Shown piece by piece: positions 1 to 14,030 of a DNA stretch of 64,000 nt. Numbering within the stretch: the first letter of the stretch is position 1; every line of letters starts with the position of its first letter. The stretch lies in assembly GCA_013239625.1 (NCBI GenBank), contig MU054323.1, positions 17,054,029 to 17,118,028 on the forward strand, in the 5' to 3' direction. Source of the DNA: Lama guanicoe (Eukaryota). The notes under the pieces are model-generated. The model was given only the letters and a program-made list of their open reading frames with translations. It did not search any database and was not told where the DNA came from. The position numbers and the translations under genes are program-made.

Positions 1-1089
1 TAATATGGAGCTAGAAGCACAGACTTAAAAGTTAAATACGTTATTCAGGAAAAGTGGCACCACATGAAGACAGAAAGGAAAATTAAAAGGTTACAGTTAT
101 TTTAGAATGTACTTAAATTGTGTGGCACATAATTTTTAAAAAAATCTTTAAAAAGCATTAATATGATAAAGACCAAAACACCAAAGAGAAAAAAAATAAA
201 CAAAAAGACTAAGGAACACGGTAGGATAGGTGCTTTCCACTTATAGCTTGAAACATGTTTACTAATTTTTAAATAAAAACAGGAGGAAGCAAGAGATTCA
301 CTATACAAATTAGGTCCCCAAAGTTTTGTTTTAAAATTTAAACTGGTATAGCTAATCACTACCTAGCATCCTCTCCTTTAATGAGAGGGGAAAAGGGAGG
401 AAAAGATATCTTTAATATCTTTAAATATTCTTTTGATTATAATACACAGAATAAAGACCAAAAAATAGCAATTTTATTAGCCTGATAACAACCATTCTCA
501 ACATCCTGTTATAGTTTCTTAAACTCTTTCCTATGCATCTAGTTTTTAAGTATAAACTTACTATATATTGAACTTGGTGACACACCTTTTTAATATTAGC
601 AGTTTTCTATATAATCTTTATACTCCCCCTCAAATCAACAAAAAAAAAAAAAATAAGGAAAGGTTCTGTATACAAATGCAACATTTTGAAGTAAAACACC
701 TACTCCTCATATGAGGCTGCCCAAGGTTCCTTCAGCTTTAGTAACAGCCACCTCTTAAGATCATTTCACATAATTAAAACTCCTATTAAACATATTTATG
801 CCAATTAAGCTCTTAATTATACACTAATTTGTTCCAATTACTTTAAGACTTTTCTATCCACATAACTACCAATCTTGAGGGCAAAAGGATGTACTACGCA
901 AATTAACTGAGTAACATTCATATATGGAACACATTACTGTGGACTAAATATCAAACAGTATAGAGTCTAAAACTGGATAGGCCACTCAAAAGTAATTCAA
1001 ATTACTAATTTAAACAAATAGTTCTATTTCTTTAATCTCCAGCATTCAGATCATGGTCATAATTAACATCAAAATATCAGTAGATAGTT

Positions 1090-1230
1090 GGGAGGATATA
1101 GCTCAAGTGGTAGAGTGTATGCTCAGCATGCAGAAAGTCCCAGGTTCAACTCCCAGTACCTCCTTAAAAAATAAACAAATAAATCTAATCACCTCCTCCC
1201 ACGCATACACAAAAAAAGAAAGAAACAAAC
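1090..1230 (+). mobile_element. tRNA-derived SINE (Vic-1-like)
   Basis: gggaggatatagctcaagtggtagag (A box) ... ggttcaactccc (B box), A-rich tail, flanked by aaaatatcartag repeats. Confidence 0.85.
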
Positions 1231-2701
1231 AAAATATCAATAGTTATTATTTCCATAAACTGTATTTGTTCATCATCTTGTTTTTGACATTGCTTTAGTA
1301 TTTCTTGGCTATAAGAAAGTAACTTAAAAAGCCCTAAATAAATAAGAACAGAAGAAAAATAATCCAGAGATAACCATCTCTTTACTCTCCATGGGACAAT
1401 GAATGCAACAGTTTATAGTGACTGGAGCTAGTCTAATGCCAACATGCAAGTCTAAATATGGTCTAAGAAGTCTGCTTCAAAACTGTGTAACTCTCCAGAC
1501 AAACTTCCAATATCAGCTCCAAATGACTAAGAAGTGATAGTCATCTTGGTGATACTTCAAGAAACGGGCTTTTTTATGCCCGTGTGGATTTCTAATTTGT
1601 ACTTCCAAGGATGATTAGTATGTTAACAGTGGTTTCTGAGGTACGTAAGTTGAGGGAACAGGTTTGCTAAGTCATCTACTTCTTAATAAGGTCACCAAAG
1701 AAATTAATAAAAAAGATGCCATGAGGGAAGGTGTCCCCTAACACTACTAGTACCCTTTGAAGCAACGATTCCTCTCTGTTGAACATCTCTGATTACTCCC
1801 TCACCAACTATTTATGCACCATCCTTTCAATACTCAAAACTCCATACATTTCTATAAAATTGAAGCAATCAAGTTATCTCAGTAAACATACTGAAATTTC
1901 TCTCCTATTTATATATTATGACTTAGTCTGTATCTCTGCTATCTATAACAAAAATCCCGTATCTATCAATGGGGAAAAAAAAAACAAACCCTCTAGATTA
2001 TCCATACTAAGAAGAGAACAATAGCCAGGCATACTCCAAAAATAATTTAGAAAGAATTTTTTGAGTGTCTATTTTTAGCAGCATATTCACTTTTTAAATT
2101 ATGTTTTTCACTTAAGTCAGTATTTTTTTAATTTATTTTTATAAGTCAATATTCTTAAGCACACACCAGCTGTGGGAAGAGAAAGGAGGAGCCTGAGTGA
2201 ATACAAAAAACAAAAAGACAAGCTAAGCTAAAACACTGACTGCTCTTGATCTGCGTAAGAACTCACAGCAACAGACACCTAATGAAATAATGCTTCCTCT
2301 TAAACTACCCATTTTTCATTGTCAATTAATTAATAGTCAAAACTAACAAAAACAAAAAACAAAACAAAAAAATCAGTATTTAAGTACCACTATTTGAAAC
2401 TCTGAAGACAAAGGATGTAATTAAGTAACTCAATTGTTTAAAGTAGAACTTAAGAAGGAATCATGCACTCATTTGAAAATAAGATGAAAGATGCAATAAT
2501 CAATTTTATATACAACCTGGTTGAGGAGTGAGAGGTGAGTGTGGATTCACAAAAATTTATCCATGCATCATCCCAGAAAGAGTCAAAAGGTTTCAAAGAA
2601 TACAGTCATATGGAAACAATATATACTATGGTTAAACATCAAGGCTTGTAGTGTTCTATAATAACTTTTCACAATTTGCATTAAGTCCCTATTGGCCTTA
2701 C

Positions 2702-2820
2702 CATATTGTTCCAAATTTTTCCAGAGCCTCCACGAGGTCTGCTTCCACCACAGATTCACAGAGTCCTCGAACATGGACAACAGGTGAAACAGAAACTTTA
2801 TGATGACTTCCACCTGCCTC
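2702..2820 (-). CDS. HNRNPLL: hnRNP L-like, coding exon 2 (119 nt, start of RRM1)
   Basis: Minus strand ...gatag|GAG GCA GGT... encodes EAGGSHHKVSVSPVVHVRGLCESVVEADLVEALEKFGTI(C) and ends at TG|gtaagg. Its phase-0 start matches the exon 1 end. Sequence recognised as hnRNPLL. Confidence 0.97.
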
Positions 2821-3695
2821 CTATCAAGATAAAATAATTTCTAGTTAAAAACTTTAAAAGTCTAAATTGCACCTTTCAGTAAATCTATCTCTGCATTAAA
2901 AAGCAAACATTTTTTTAAAAATCTCAAACCAACTCACAATTCACAAGTAAGCAAAAGGACTTAAGAGTAAAATCATCAATTAAGTGTTTGGCACGAAAAT
3001 TTTGATTTCTTAGAAGGGAGCACTGTCTCACAATAAGAAGTACAAATAAGTTATTTAATAACTTATTTGAACTTCAACTTACATAATACTAGATTAACTA
3101 TACTAGATTAACTATATATAAATTAAAAAATAACTTATTTCAACTTCAAGGAAATGTCAGAAAAAATTTCAGCAGGTTCAAAACATGCTACAACTGGAAA
3201 TATACTTCATATTCATAATTTCATAGTTTCACCTCCATAAAATCAAAATCTCAAGTAGTCCAAATGACAATTTAAACAATTTAAAATTTTTGTTTATTAG
3301 TAAGATTATATACTTTATCTTTCCTGCAGTATAGATTAATATCACCTTTTGTCCTTGTTTATTTGGTTATCTAGTCCTACTATACTTTGAATTTACTCAC
3401 TTGTACACTTGCCAACTTAAATTTATGCAAGGTACCACCTTTGCTGATGAACAAGGAATACTCAAATACAAAACTTCCTGGGCTTCTGTGAAGTACTGTG
3501 CATCTCTGAGTATGCCCAGCAAGAAGTTTTGAAACATATGGTCTTAAAGTTTAATTTAAAGGGGTCTATGTATGAGAATTATCTTGAAAATGAAAATAGC
3601 TCTCATTTACTTATTCAAGCTCTACTTAGACAAAGAACTATATTTATAACTAGCCACTGGTCATCTCCCCTGCATCACTTCAGAAGTGACTTCTA

Positions 3696-4178
3696 TAGCA
3701 TGGTAAGTGTCCATCAGTAGATGAACGGATAAAGAAGATGTGGTATGTATGTCTAAAATGGAATATTATTCAGCCATAAAAATGACATCTTGCCATTTAT
3801 GACAACATGGATAGACCTAAAGGGTATTATGTGGAATCTAACAAACAAAACAAACAAGCAAAACAAAACAAAAACAGACTCATAGATACCAAGAACAAAT
3901 GGGTGGTTGTCGAGGGGGTGGTGTGAAATAGGTAAAGGGGGTTAAGAAGTACAAATCTCTAGTTATAAAACAAATAAGCCACAGAATGTAATATATAGCA
4001 TAAAGGATGTGGTCAGTAATATTCTAATACATTCGTATGGGACAGATGGTTACTAGACTTGTCATGGGGATCGTTTCACAATGTATCCAAATGTCAAGTC
4101 ACTATGCAGTACACCTGAAACTAACATAATATTATATACTAATATATTCCAATTTAAAAATATTTTTTAAAAAGGAAA
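3696..4178 (+). mobile_element. L1 3' fragment in HNRNPLL intron 1
   Basis: Typical L1 3' text (aagtgtccatcagtagatgaacggataaagaagatgtgg...acacctgaaactaa), A-rich tail, flanked by gaartgacttc. Confidence 0.8.
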
Positions 4179-7100
4179 GAAATGACTTCCATGTACAACT
4201 CATATATACACCGCCCAAAAAACCTGTTAAATGAAAGGTTTTTTCTCCCACAAAGAGGAAAAGAGGTTTTTCCCTCCTAACCTAAAAGCACAAATGTTTT
4301 ACCATTAAAATTTAAGAATTGTTTTAAGAACATTAAATCCCTTTATGACTATTTTTAAGACTCACTAATTTTTCTTTATTATAAACACTGTTAGGAAATC
4401 CTGTAATAGTCTTGTGCCCTGCCAATAAAAATGTTAAGAGTTTAAAGAAAATAACTAATTTAAATATATAAAATAACCATGAGACTACTCTTACACTCTT
4501 GTCAAATCCAACAAATAAATCCAGTCCTTTGCAAATACTAATTCAATCCTTGGAATTTCATTTGAATTGCTTATGCTGAGACTTTTCCATGGTTAAACAG
4601 ATATTCATTACATGCTACTAAGTTTGAAATGAATCATTCTGATTGAACCCTATGTGACACCAACTCTCTATTAGCAACCTAAACAAATGAGGCTGCCTCA
4701 GTGAAACTACAACCAAACGTACATTATCATCATTAAGCTCTTAAGTACAGCTGGATAACAATAATACAGGACAAAAACTCTAATACCTAAAAATTTAATT
4801 TAGGGAATACATTTAAAATATAAACAAATTTTACTCTAAAAATAATTAGGCAATAATAAACCACAAGAAATAAGACAGTCATCTCTGTTGATCCTTAGAA
4901 ATCTGCTGGCAAACACAACTCCTCCCCCTACCCCTCTTCCCGTTGTGGATAACCACTATTTTGCATACAGTGCTAAAAAATATGAGTATTCTCCACACTG
5001 GTCACTTACAAAGAAATGGATTGTAGAACCAGTTTAAAAATCCCTCAAAAGATCTGACTTCAATAAATTATTATTTAATTATATTTCCTAAATAAATAGA
5101 TCAAGATTTAAGTCATTCTTTAAAGGCTGGAAGATGTTAAATGCATTCAGTATGGTACTTAGGGGAAGATATGATTATCCCAACCTCACGGCTGAGAACA
5201 TATCCCATACCTCCCTGTATTTCCCTTATTCCCAATAACTCTGCCTTCTATTTTATCTACCTTGATATTTCTGTATCTTTAAATTATGTCTCCTTTTTTT
5301 TGAACTTAAGAATTTCTCATCCTGTCTGTAGTTTATTTAAAAAAACAAAACAAAACAACTCTAGGGTTGTTTCCAAATATAAAACTGACATATTAAAGGT
5401 ATCTTTCCAAACTGTATTTTCACCATCCTTCTTTTCCCCCCAATATACTAACACTTTTCTTAAACCAACATTTTATCTCTACCTATACTATACAATGGTG
5501 ATAACAAATCTGAAATCATCTGTGGAGCTTCTTTTACTACCCTAAAATTACCTCCTTCAAGCATCATACTATGCACGTGAATCCTAAATTGGTGAATAAG
5601 TCAGTTATTATTCACCCCATCCACGTATTAATACTTTGACCATGTCTTCTAAAGCTTAAGGAGTTTTTTAATCCTTTCTCTTACAGGAGCCCAAATTCTT
5701 TTCATTTCAAATGTTTAGTTATCTAGGCTCTCTCCTGGTCTATTTATATCTATTAGTTATCAGACTAGAAACAATACTCCAAATAAATACCCAACAAATG
5801 GAGGCATGCCTACAACATATGTATACTTTTTTTTCTTTTTTAATTACTCAATCCCTTCTTCAGATAAATTGGATCAAATATATGGAAGCATTATTTGGTC
5901 CTCACTGCAAGCTACAGACCAGTTACAAACTCCTAGCCCCTCAAATGCTAACTCAAGGGCAAACTCCAATAATACCAATCTTGAGTGCTAATTTTGACTA
6001 TTGCAGATTTGAAGACCAGGCTCAACCAAAGAAAAGGGAAGCTCAACAGAGTATAAATGAAGCTTCTATCTGAGAGGAATGAGAAGGGCCCATTAACATC
6101 TCTCAATATAGTGAAACTGTAAACTCACGATGTCCTTTAGCTTTTTGTTTTCCCAATATCTCCATGCATAACACATGTTCAATAGTCATGAACAACCGTT
6201 TCTGCCCTCCTACAAATATAGGATTAAAAAAGACAAGTCTCAAATTCAATAATTCATCCCCCAAAACCAAACACACACAGACCTACTACAAGTGATTATC
6301 AGCCTCTCCTTAAACACCTCCAATGGCAGGAAAACATACTACTTCATGAGACAGCCTATTTTTAGAAAATTCTTCATAATATGCATCCAAATCTGTCTCC
6401 CTGTAACTTCCCATACAAAATGGCTTTTAAAGTCAGACCAGGCATTTAAATCTTTGGATGTTTACTAGCTCTGTGATCTAATGCTACTTAATCTTTCTGA
6501 GCTTCAGTTTCATTTTTAAAAAAATAAGAAAATCCTTATCACATAAAATTACAATAAATAAACAGAATTTACAGTGTCTAGCACAGTGCTAGACGTAGTT
6601 GTTGAACAAGGGTTCAATAAATATTAGTTGCCACCCCCATCCTTACCTTCATTTCCCTTTTACATAACCTTCCTATTACTTGTGACGATTTCTTAAATCA
6701 TACCTAAGTTTAACCTTCAGGCTAAATATTCCCCAAATATCTTCTGTCATTCCTCTTATGATGTGATTTTGAGTGCCGTCTCTATTCTGATAATAATTTT
6801 CTGGATACACTAGAATTTATTAATATAGTACCAAGAAATAAGTACAGTATTTCGAGATAGTTAAGATTACCCCTCCTTTTATTTTGGATACTTCATATAG
6901 ACCAAGGACAAACTAGTTTAAGGTACAGTTGCAAATATTTTTTAACTCACACTGTGCTTAGAGTTAACTACCTAGTACACGTTTTTTTCTTACTAAATTA
7001 AACAATCACATCTCTTTACTTGGTCTTTTTCTTTTCCGAAGGAAATAATAGAGCAGATTCAAAATATGGGAAAGCCTTTAATTTTCCTATCCAAAGTTTT

Positions 7101-10100
7101 AATTGATCCCATGGCAAAGATTAAAAAGAACAGCCATATGCTTCAAATAACTTTTTAAAAAATAATCTTTATTTTTTTGCTCAAGTTGTAGAAATCCTTT
7201 GGTTTTGCCTATTCAGAACTTCGCCTTTCCCATTCTTCTGGTTAAACACAAAAAAAGAAAAATTCCTCAACCCCAAATTATTCCACTGATATTCTCAGTC
7301 ATATAGTCATGCCTCCCTAACTTCAGAGGTAGTCCAGTGATTAGCTGGGGGTAAGGGGACATAAAAAAATGGCTGATCAGAGGGAATGAATACGGGCTCT
7401 CGGGGAGACTGTGTTTTATTTGCTAGCTGTAAGAATGTAATCCTAGCTTTATCACTACATAGAGGAAATAGAGCTGAAACATATAAAGAGACAGAATCTT
7501 GTCCCTATGATGACATCATTTAAATCCTTAGATCCTGCCATGCCTAAAACTAATGCCACAATTTGGCATTCGTAAGTATATGGGCCAATACATTTCCTAT
7601 CCCCGCCCCTTTTGGTTTTGCTTAAGTTCATCTGAGTTGGTGCTATGCCTGCAACTGCAAGATTTGAAAGTTGTATTCAACTTCATAGAGAGAAAACACT
7701 AAATGAGGTAGAATCACAGATTTTTAGATATGGATTTTTTTTTTTTTACTATTATATCCTCATCACCAAGAACAGCACCTAGCATATGATAAGGCTCAAG
7801 TATTACTTTTTAATGAGCTAAGAGATCATAGTGATCATCTAATCCAACCAGCTCATGTGATTGGTAGCAAGGTGAGTTCCACAGAGGTTAAGTCACAAAG
7901 CATACTGGTAGCAGAGCCAAGGCACCTGCTTTAGTTGGGCTTATGGCTCTATTAACAGCACTTTTCACTCTTTGTACTAACACGAAGAAATAGTCACTTG
8001 TTAAAACCAAAAGATAGTAAAACCTACTACTTTTCATTTACTTTCCAAAACTAGGCCTAAAATCCTCACTCTACTTTAGCAGTTTAGCTAAATGAGACAG
8101 GACGTTACTGCTACAGAAGCCTCAAAGCTCTGGCACTTATCTCTGAGGTACACATCCTTGAACCTTTTTATTCTCCAGAGTGTAGTTACTATGCTGTCAC
8201 AGTCTCCAAACTTTTCCTGTGGGAGCTAAGCTAACAAAGTGACTTCATGCCACCTCCCATTCCATAGTCATCTCAATAAGCCATCAAAATATTCCTATCA
8301 TCTCTGTATTCAGATCTTTAAAGTTTAACAGTGCATCTTAAATTCAAACTAGATTCTCTATATAATGCATATTCCTTTATTTGGAAATCCTAAGATCTAT
8401 ATTTTTATCTTGGCATTTTGCCACCTTGCAAGTCTATTTATTAAAAGTTGAGAAACATATTTTCACCTCATCAGCAAACAAATCACTTTAACAGTCACTG
8501 ATTTGCCTGTTTACTCATTAGCAGAGCAGAATAAAAGAAAAACTTAAAAGTCTCTAAAATAAATTAGCACTCCATTAATTTTTATTGATACCAATCTTTA
8601 TAAAAAAAAATCTTTTCTAGGTAACTTCCCAATTCAGTTCCTCAACTGGTTTTGCCAAGTGAAGTGCTAATATTTAGAAGTCAAGCTGCTTTTTTTAAAA
8701 GATACAGAAATTTACTATTAATACGATCTTGAAGGTCATAACTGAAAAATTTAAGAATACAACTTATTCCTTAAGAATAAAGTAATTGTATAATATATAG
8801 CATGAACCTCCATAATCAAGCTTTGTTCAAAATGCAGCCCAAATAATCTGAAACACTCAGGAGGGGTTTTGCTCTTCAAAGTACCAGAAGACATAAATTT
8901 GAAGGGTATCATTTCTCATATCTGAACTACAAACTCATTTCTCTTTATACCTTAAAACATCATGATCATTCACAATGATCAATTCATCTTTAAATCAGGA
9001 GCATTTGTAGAAGCAGTTTTTCTTAAATACTAATGTTCCTCTTTAAATCTAGTTATTATTCTCAAGGAAACTTATGAAAAGCCAATGTAAATCTCTGAAG
9101 TCTTACTGTACACTTTTACAAACTTCCAACTAGAGTTGAAAAGATTACCCATCATTGTACCTAATCTGCATTTACTCACATAGTTTGATCACAAAGGTTT
9201 ATTTCTTCTAGGACCTGGCTGAGGTTGAGCCAAATCTTTTTCAGTTACATGAATTACTATACTTCTGGATAATGACACACTAGACAGTAAACTTCTATTC
9301 AGGGCATTCCTGTCCTAGTAAAATTTTAATATGTGCAGGTTTCCACAGTTGCAATGATTTCAAAAATGTTTAAAAAACAGGAAAAATAATCCTTCATTAG
9401 ATTTCACAGTGCAGTATTGGTTCTATGTTAAATAAAAGCAATTCACCCTCTCCTAAGAAACATAACACCAATAAGATAAACAAAATTTGAATTTATAACT
9501 CAATCTGCATACATTAGTTCCTGCCGAGGTAATTTAAAAGCTGTATTACATCAATCACTGAACTACAACTTCAGGTATGGAAAGCCTGTAGTTCAACTTT
9601 CACATTTTACAGACTAAGAGAATTCTAAGTAGTAAAGTGACTTTCCCAAGGTCACATGGATGTGTGCTAGCCTGACTCTCCCCAAGACCTGTCCAGTGCT
9701 ATTCCCACTGCTACATAAAATTCACTCTGGATGTGTATTAATTATACATAATTTTCTTCCCAACATCCAAAATAATACTATTGGCTTAATATTTAATTTG
9801 TTTTCAAAACCAAAAATTTTTAATAAACTGGTTAAAATATTTTCCCAAGACACTTGATGGAAGACATTTCATGCTGTGGCACAAAAATTCAAGCAAGACT
9901 TGGGCAAAAGAAATACACTGATCCAATGCATCTAAATATCAGTTATAATATTCCTGTTTCCAGCATCCACAATAGAGTTGGCTTTGAACTGAAACTTAAG
10001 AAGAAATGCACTTTCTTTATTCACACTTTTTGTTACATTATGAAATCTGAAGTTACATTTTGAATATTCCAAATAGCCAGGAACAAAAGTCCAAAGCAAT

Positions 10101-10799
10101 ATCTAGATGTAAGAAAACTCTTAAATTTAGAGGAAGAAAAAGTTCCTTTTTTTTAAATGTGGCAACATTTGTATTTGGAACTCTAACACTGGAAACTACT
10201 GACCAGAATTTTTTACATAAAAATGCAGAAAAGAGCTAACAGACTTCTAATTTGCTAAGACTTATAACTTCTTATAAAAGGTGCAAAACATTCTAATATT
10301 AGAATATGTGCAAAATTTCATAAATTTCGGGAAAGTTTGCTTTGAAAAAATCAATTAAAATGTGTTAAATGTTTAAAGAACATTTAAGTCAATTAGACAG
10401 CATAAGTGCACCAAAAAGGGCAAAAACATTTGCTTTACTTTGTTTCCTTAAAGCTGAGCTACTACTTGCTGTGGATTTTCACATTTCTTCTGCCTCAAGC
10501 TAACCTTTTTAATGAAACAAGAATCTAGGAATGTGTGTTCGATTGAGTTCAGTTCCTCATTTTGTGGAGCGAATTGGGAACAAACTGCCCATGAAGAACT
10601 GCGGTGATTCTTTTTACTTGTAAATAGAGGTGTGTGAACACCTACCAACACATTTTTTTTTCAACCTAAAAGCTAAAAACTGTACTGAGCAATAATCATG
10701 AAACTGGGAGCAAAGCATGTGCGCCAGGTCTATTAAGAGTAAAAAATGTTAAATTAAATCTTTAGGGGAATTAGGGTGTGAGAGTCAGGGCCAAATCTG

Positions 10800-12235
10800 T
10801 TACCTAGCTGCGGCTCTCCTCAGGACCTGGGCGTAAAGAGCCCTGGGTGGAACCGACGCCCCTATCCTGAGATCGTAATCAGCGCGCGGGGATGCTGCGG
10901 GCAGGGGGCTGAAGGGAGCGGGTCGTCCCGACGCCGGCCAGCCGCCGGAGGAGTTAAACTAACAAAGGACTAATCACGCAACAGAGCGCCCCCAACATAC
11001 CCCACCCCGAGCGGGAGTAACGCCTCCACTCCGCCCCCGCCCCCGGACCCTCCCCAAGTTCAAGGCCGGCGGCTGACTTTCCGCGGGGCCTGCAGCCAGG
11101 CCGGGGCCGGGTTCGCGATCGGGATGCTGGAAACAGGTAGGACGAAGACTAAAAGCCTCAAAAAGAAGAGCCGGCGTTTCCCGAAAGGGTCAACGCAGCA
11201 GAAGGAGAAAACGAGGCGGCGGGAGGCACGGGGCCGAGTCCCCGCCCCCGGGCCCTGCTTCCCGGGGAGCCGCCGGGCACAGCGGACTGGGCGCCCCGCT
11301 TTGTTACCGGCTGTGAGAAGCTCCGGCCACCACCGCCGCCATCGCCCCCGCCCCGGGGCGTCGCTTCCCGGCGGTTCTCGCCTTCCTCTGCCGAGTAGTC
11401 GATCTCGCCCTCCTCGGTCTTGAGGCGTTTGGCCTGGCTCTCGTACTCCCGGTCCTCCTCGTACGTCTCCCTAGGGGAGGATGAGGAGGAGGACATGGCG
11501 GCGGCCGGAGGGACCGGCTGGTAGGCGGGGGGGTGGCGGCAGGGCGCGGGCCTCGGACGCCACCGGTTAGTCCTCCCCGCGGGCAGCGCCTCTTCAGCGA
11601 AGGTCTGCGCAGCTGGGCCGTCCGCGGGGGCCGCGCGCTCAGAAGCTGGGTGGGTGCGGAGAGCGGGCGGGACGAAGGGGGGCCCCCCGGGAAGAGGCTC
11701 CAGAGCGGCCGCTCCTCTTTATCACTGAGCCAACATCCAGCCTCTCCCTCCGCCTCCGAATCCGCTCCCAGCCGGGGGGAGCGAATCTAAGGATGGGGAC
11801 GCGACCGTGGCTTCCGGTCTTCCCTCCTCCCCTAATCCGCTCCTCGCCGCCCAAGCAGAACCTTCGCCCCCGCCTTCGCGGCGGCGGCGTAGGATCGAAT
11901 CCAGCCGCAGCCCTCGGGAAGCACCCCCTCCCAACCCGGGTCTCGTTCCCTATTGGCAGAGGGAAAAGTGGACCATGCTTCCAATTGGCTGTAAAGGCTG
12001 TTCGTCAAAAGCCGACCACGGCCTGGCCTCGCCCGCCCCCTCCCCGCGCCTTCTGAACTCGCCGCTTGCCTGCGACTCCCGGCCTTGCAATGTCAGCTAC
12101 GCGCCGTAGTGGCGGTTGCTACCCCCGCGGCCGTTAGTGCTGTTGGGCTAACTCGAGGTGAGGCACGGAGTGAACCCCAGCGGGCGAGGAGGCGTGCAGT
12201 GGGGCCAGGGCTGCGGTTGTTAACCGCCCTCCCGC
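10800..12235. promoter_or_regulatory. HNRNPLL: CpG island / HNRNPLL promoter and 5' UTR
   Basis: Very GC- and CpG-rich block in AT-rich surroundings. Contains CCAAT boxes (attgg 11952-11956; ccaattgg 11981-11988), a GC box near 12030-12045, and a YY1-like ACATGGCGGC overlapping the start codon. Confidence 0.92.
11308..11496 (-). CDS. HNRNPLL: hnRNP L-like, coding part of exon 1 (63 codons)
   Basis: GCCGCCGCC-ATG start, then MSSSSSSPRETYEEDREYESQAKRLKTEEGEIDYSAEEGENRREATPRGGGDGGGGGRSFSQP, then donor CCG|gtaaca. This is the recognisable hnRNPLL N-terminus. Intron 1 = 2821-11307. Confidence 0.98.
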
Positions 12236-13399
12236 TAATTTAAATGCTTTTATTAACTTCTCTTCAAAAGAGAAAATCCCAGCCGGTATACCTCACACTG
12301 CCCTAAAACTACAGGGGGTGAGGGGAGAAAAGGGCTTAGAACCGTGAGAGTAGCCTTCTTCCCTATGTTGTGTGCAAAATCTGGTACAAGTGGCCTCTAT
12401 CACCGGCCCTGAGTAGATACTCGAGAACAGTCGGTATTTACTGAGGTGCGAGTCTGAACGAGACACTCCACAGGGCGACTGTCAGTTTGATCTGTTAGCA
12501 CTCATGGGTCTTCTGGACTCTTCTTTTCCTGGCAGTTACAGGGGACTTGTCTCAAGTCCTTGCTCCAATTAAATGCGTCATAAACCTTCCATATCAAGTT
12601 TCATCCTTCGTCTCAAGCCTTTCCGTTCTGGACGATATGTTTATTTCACGTTATCGTTTATTTGAAAGATACGAGAGCCTAGAGCCTATCAAAATTGTTT
12701 GCCCTTTGGACCACACACAGCTCATTTCCTCTGTGGAGCCTTGAGGACTCCTCAAGCTTCTAGTTGCCGCTTTTTTGCAGCGGGGCCCTCTATACCTGCC
12801 TATTAGGATGTTCTGTTTTAAAGACAAGAAGCGCTTGGAGACAGGAACTGAGCTCTTTTCATCTTTGCTAACCCAGTTCCTGTACAGCCCCCGGCACGAG
12901 TTGCGTGCTAAACGATGCTGTGTAAGTGGGCCTTGGGAAATAAAAGTCCAGTATGTTTCAGGAGCGGAACTGGCAAATCTGACACAACCTAACTGCCCTC
13001 GGTGGTTTAATCTTTGGAGGATTGCTGCGGATCAAGATTCACTTAAGTGTTTCATTGTCCTTGCCCCTCAGATGCTTCGCTAAATGTGGCTCTTCCTTTC
13101 CTAACGGTGTGGATTGTTTCCTCCCCCAGCCTAGTCTCTCTCCTTTCCAAAGTTCTTTCTTCAAAAAAAGCCATTTTTATTTATTGCTGACAGTGCTTTA
13201 ACCTACACTGTTTTGTAGTTTATAATTTACACTGCCTGTCATTTTGGAATCCATTTGGAAGCTTTTTCACAACACCGTATAGCTATAATTAAATTTGTGT
13301 GCGCCAGCTGGTATACATTGACAAAACAGAACTAAAACACAATTAGAAAAAAAAAGGAAGAAAAAAAACACAATTAGAAATGTATTTTTTAAAGTATTG

Positions 13400-14030
13400 A
13401 TAAAATGGAGGTAGACAGAAGAAATATCAAAGGGAGCTGCAGAGCTGGCTGCAGATAAGAAAATGCTGGCGGAGCACTGTGAACAATGAGTGGAGCCAGG
13501 AGGCCTTATACAAACTTTCCAAATATTTCTTGTGATGGTGAAAATATTTTAAATTCTCGAAGCCTACATCCAACCTATGGATTATATCAGGTTAAAAATG
13601 CAGCTATCATACCAATCTACCGGTAAGGAAACCCAGCCTTGCCGACCCTTGCTGCTATACTCAGTGTTTACTCCACTAACAGAGTAGAGTCAGTATGTAC
13701 TAGTGTTAAACTTAATACTTTTTTGAAACAGCTCGAATCAAACTGTTGGTTTAAAGGGCTAAGAAGTAAAACTCAAAAGCATGTTTAAAGGACATAGATC
13801 TGTACATTGACCGAGAGTGACCTTTGAGCTTATTGCAGATGAGTTGTTCAGTGGCAGTAGGTTCTTAGGCATGGAAAAATTCATCACTACGGAAAACTAG
13901 CTCATCACTAAAACCATGACAAGAGCTAAAGAAAGAGGACATACGTTATATTCTGCATGATTTAACTTAGGCAAGGTAAATAACATACTGCCCAGTAGCT
14001 GGAAGTGCCTGAAAAACTCAGAAACAGCTC
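13400..14030 (-). pseudogene. Candidate terminal relic exon (3' end approximate)
   Basis: Acceptor atttattttcatacatttag|. Frameshifted protein-like pieces: GAVSEFFRHFQLLGSMLFTLPKLNHAEY / SCHGFSDELVFRSDEFFHA*EPTATEQLICNKLKGHSRSMYRSMSFKHAFEFYFLAL. Overlapping minus-strand AATAAA signals at 13176-13185. Confidence 0.35.

Noticed and set aside
1090..1165. tRNA gene (A and B boxes present)
   Set aside because: These are degenerate multi-copy elements with tails and TSDs, i.e. SINE heads rather than tRNA genes.
1564..1583. Small hairpin acgggc-ttttttat-gcccgt (and a similar one near 9560-9595)
   Set aside because: Short stems like these are expected by chance, and there are no snoRNA or miRNA hallmarks.
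2583..2813. 76-aa minus-strand ORF
   Set aside because: It is an alternate frame over HNRNPLL exon 2 that extends into the intron.
11158..11307. ORF continuation after ...SFSQP (VTKRGAQ...)
   Set aside because: This is read-through into intron 1. The canonical donor at 11307 joins in frame to exon 2.
11124..12109. Several overlapping Arg/Pro/Gly-rich ORFs
   Set aside because: They are an expected by-product of stop-poor CpG-island composition.
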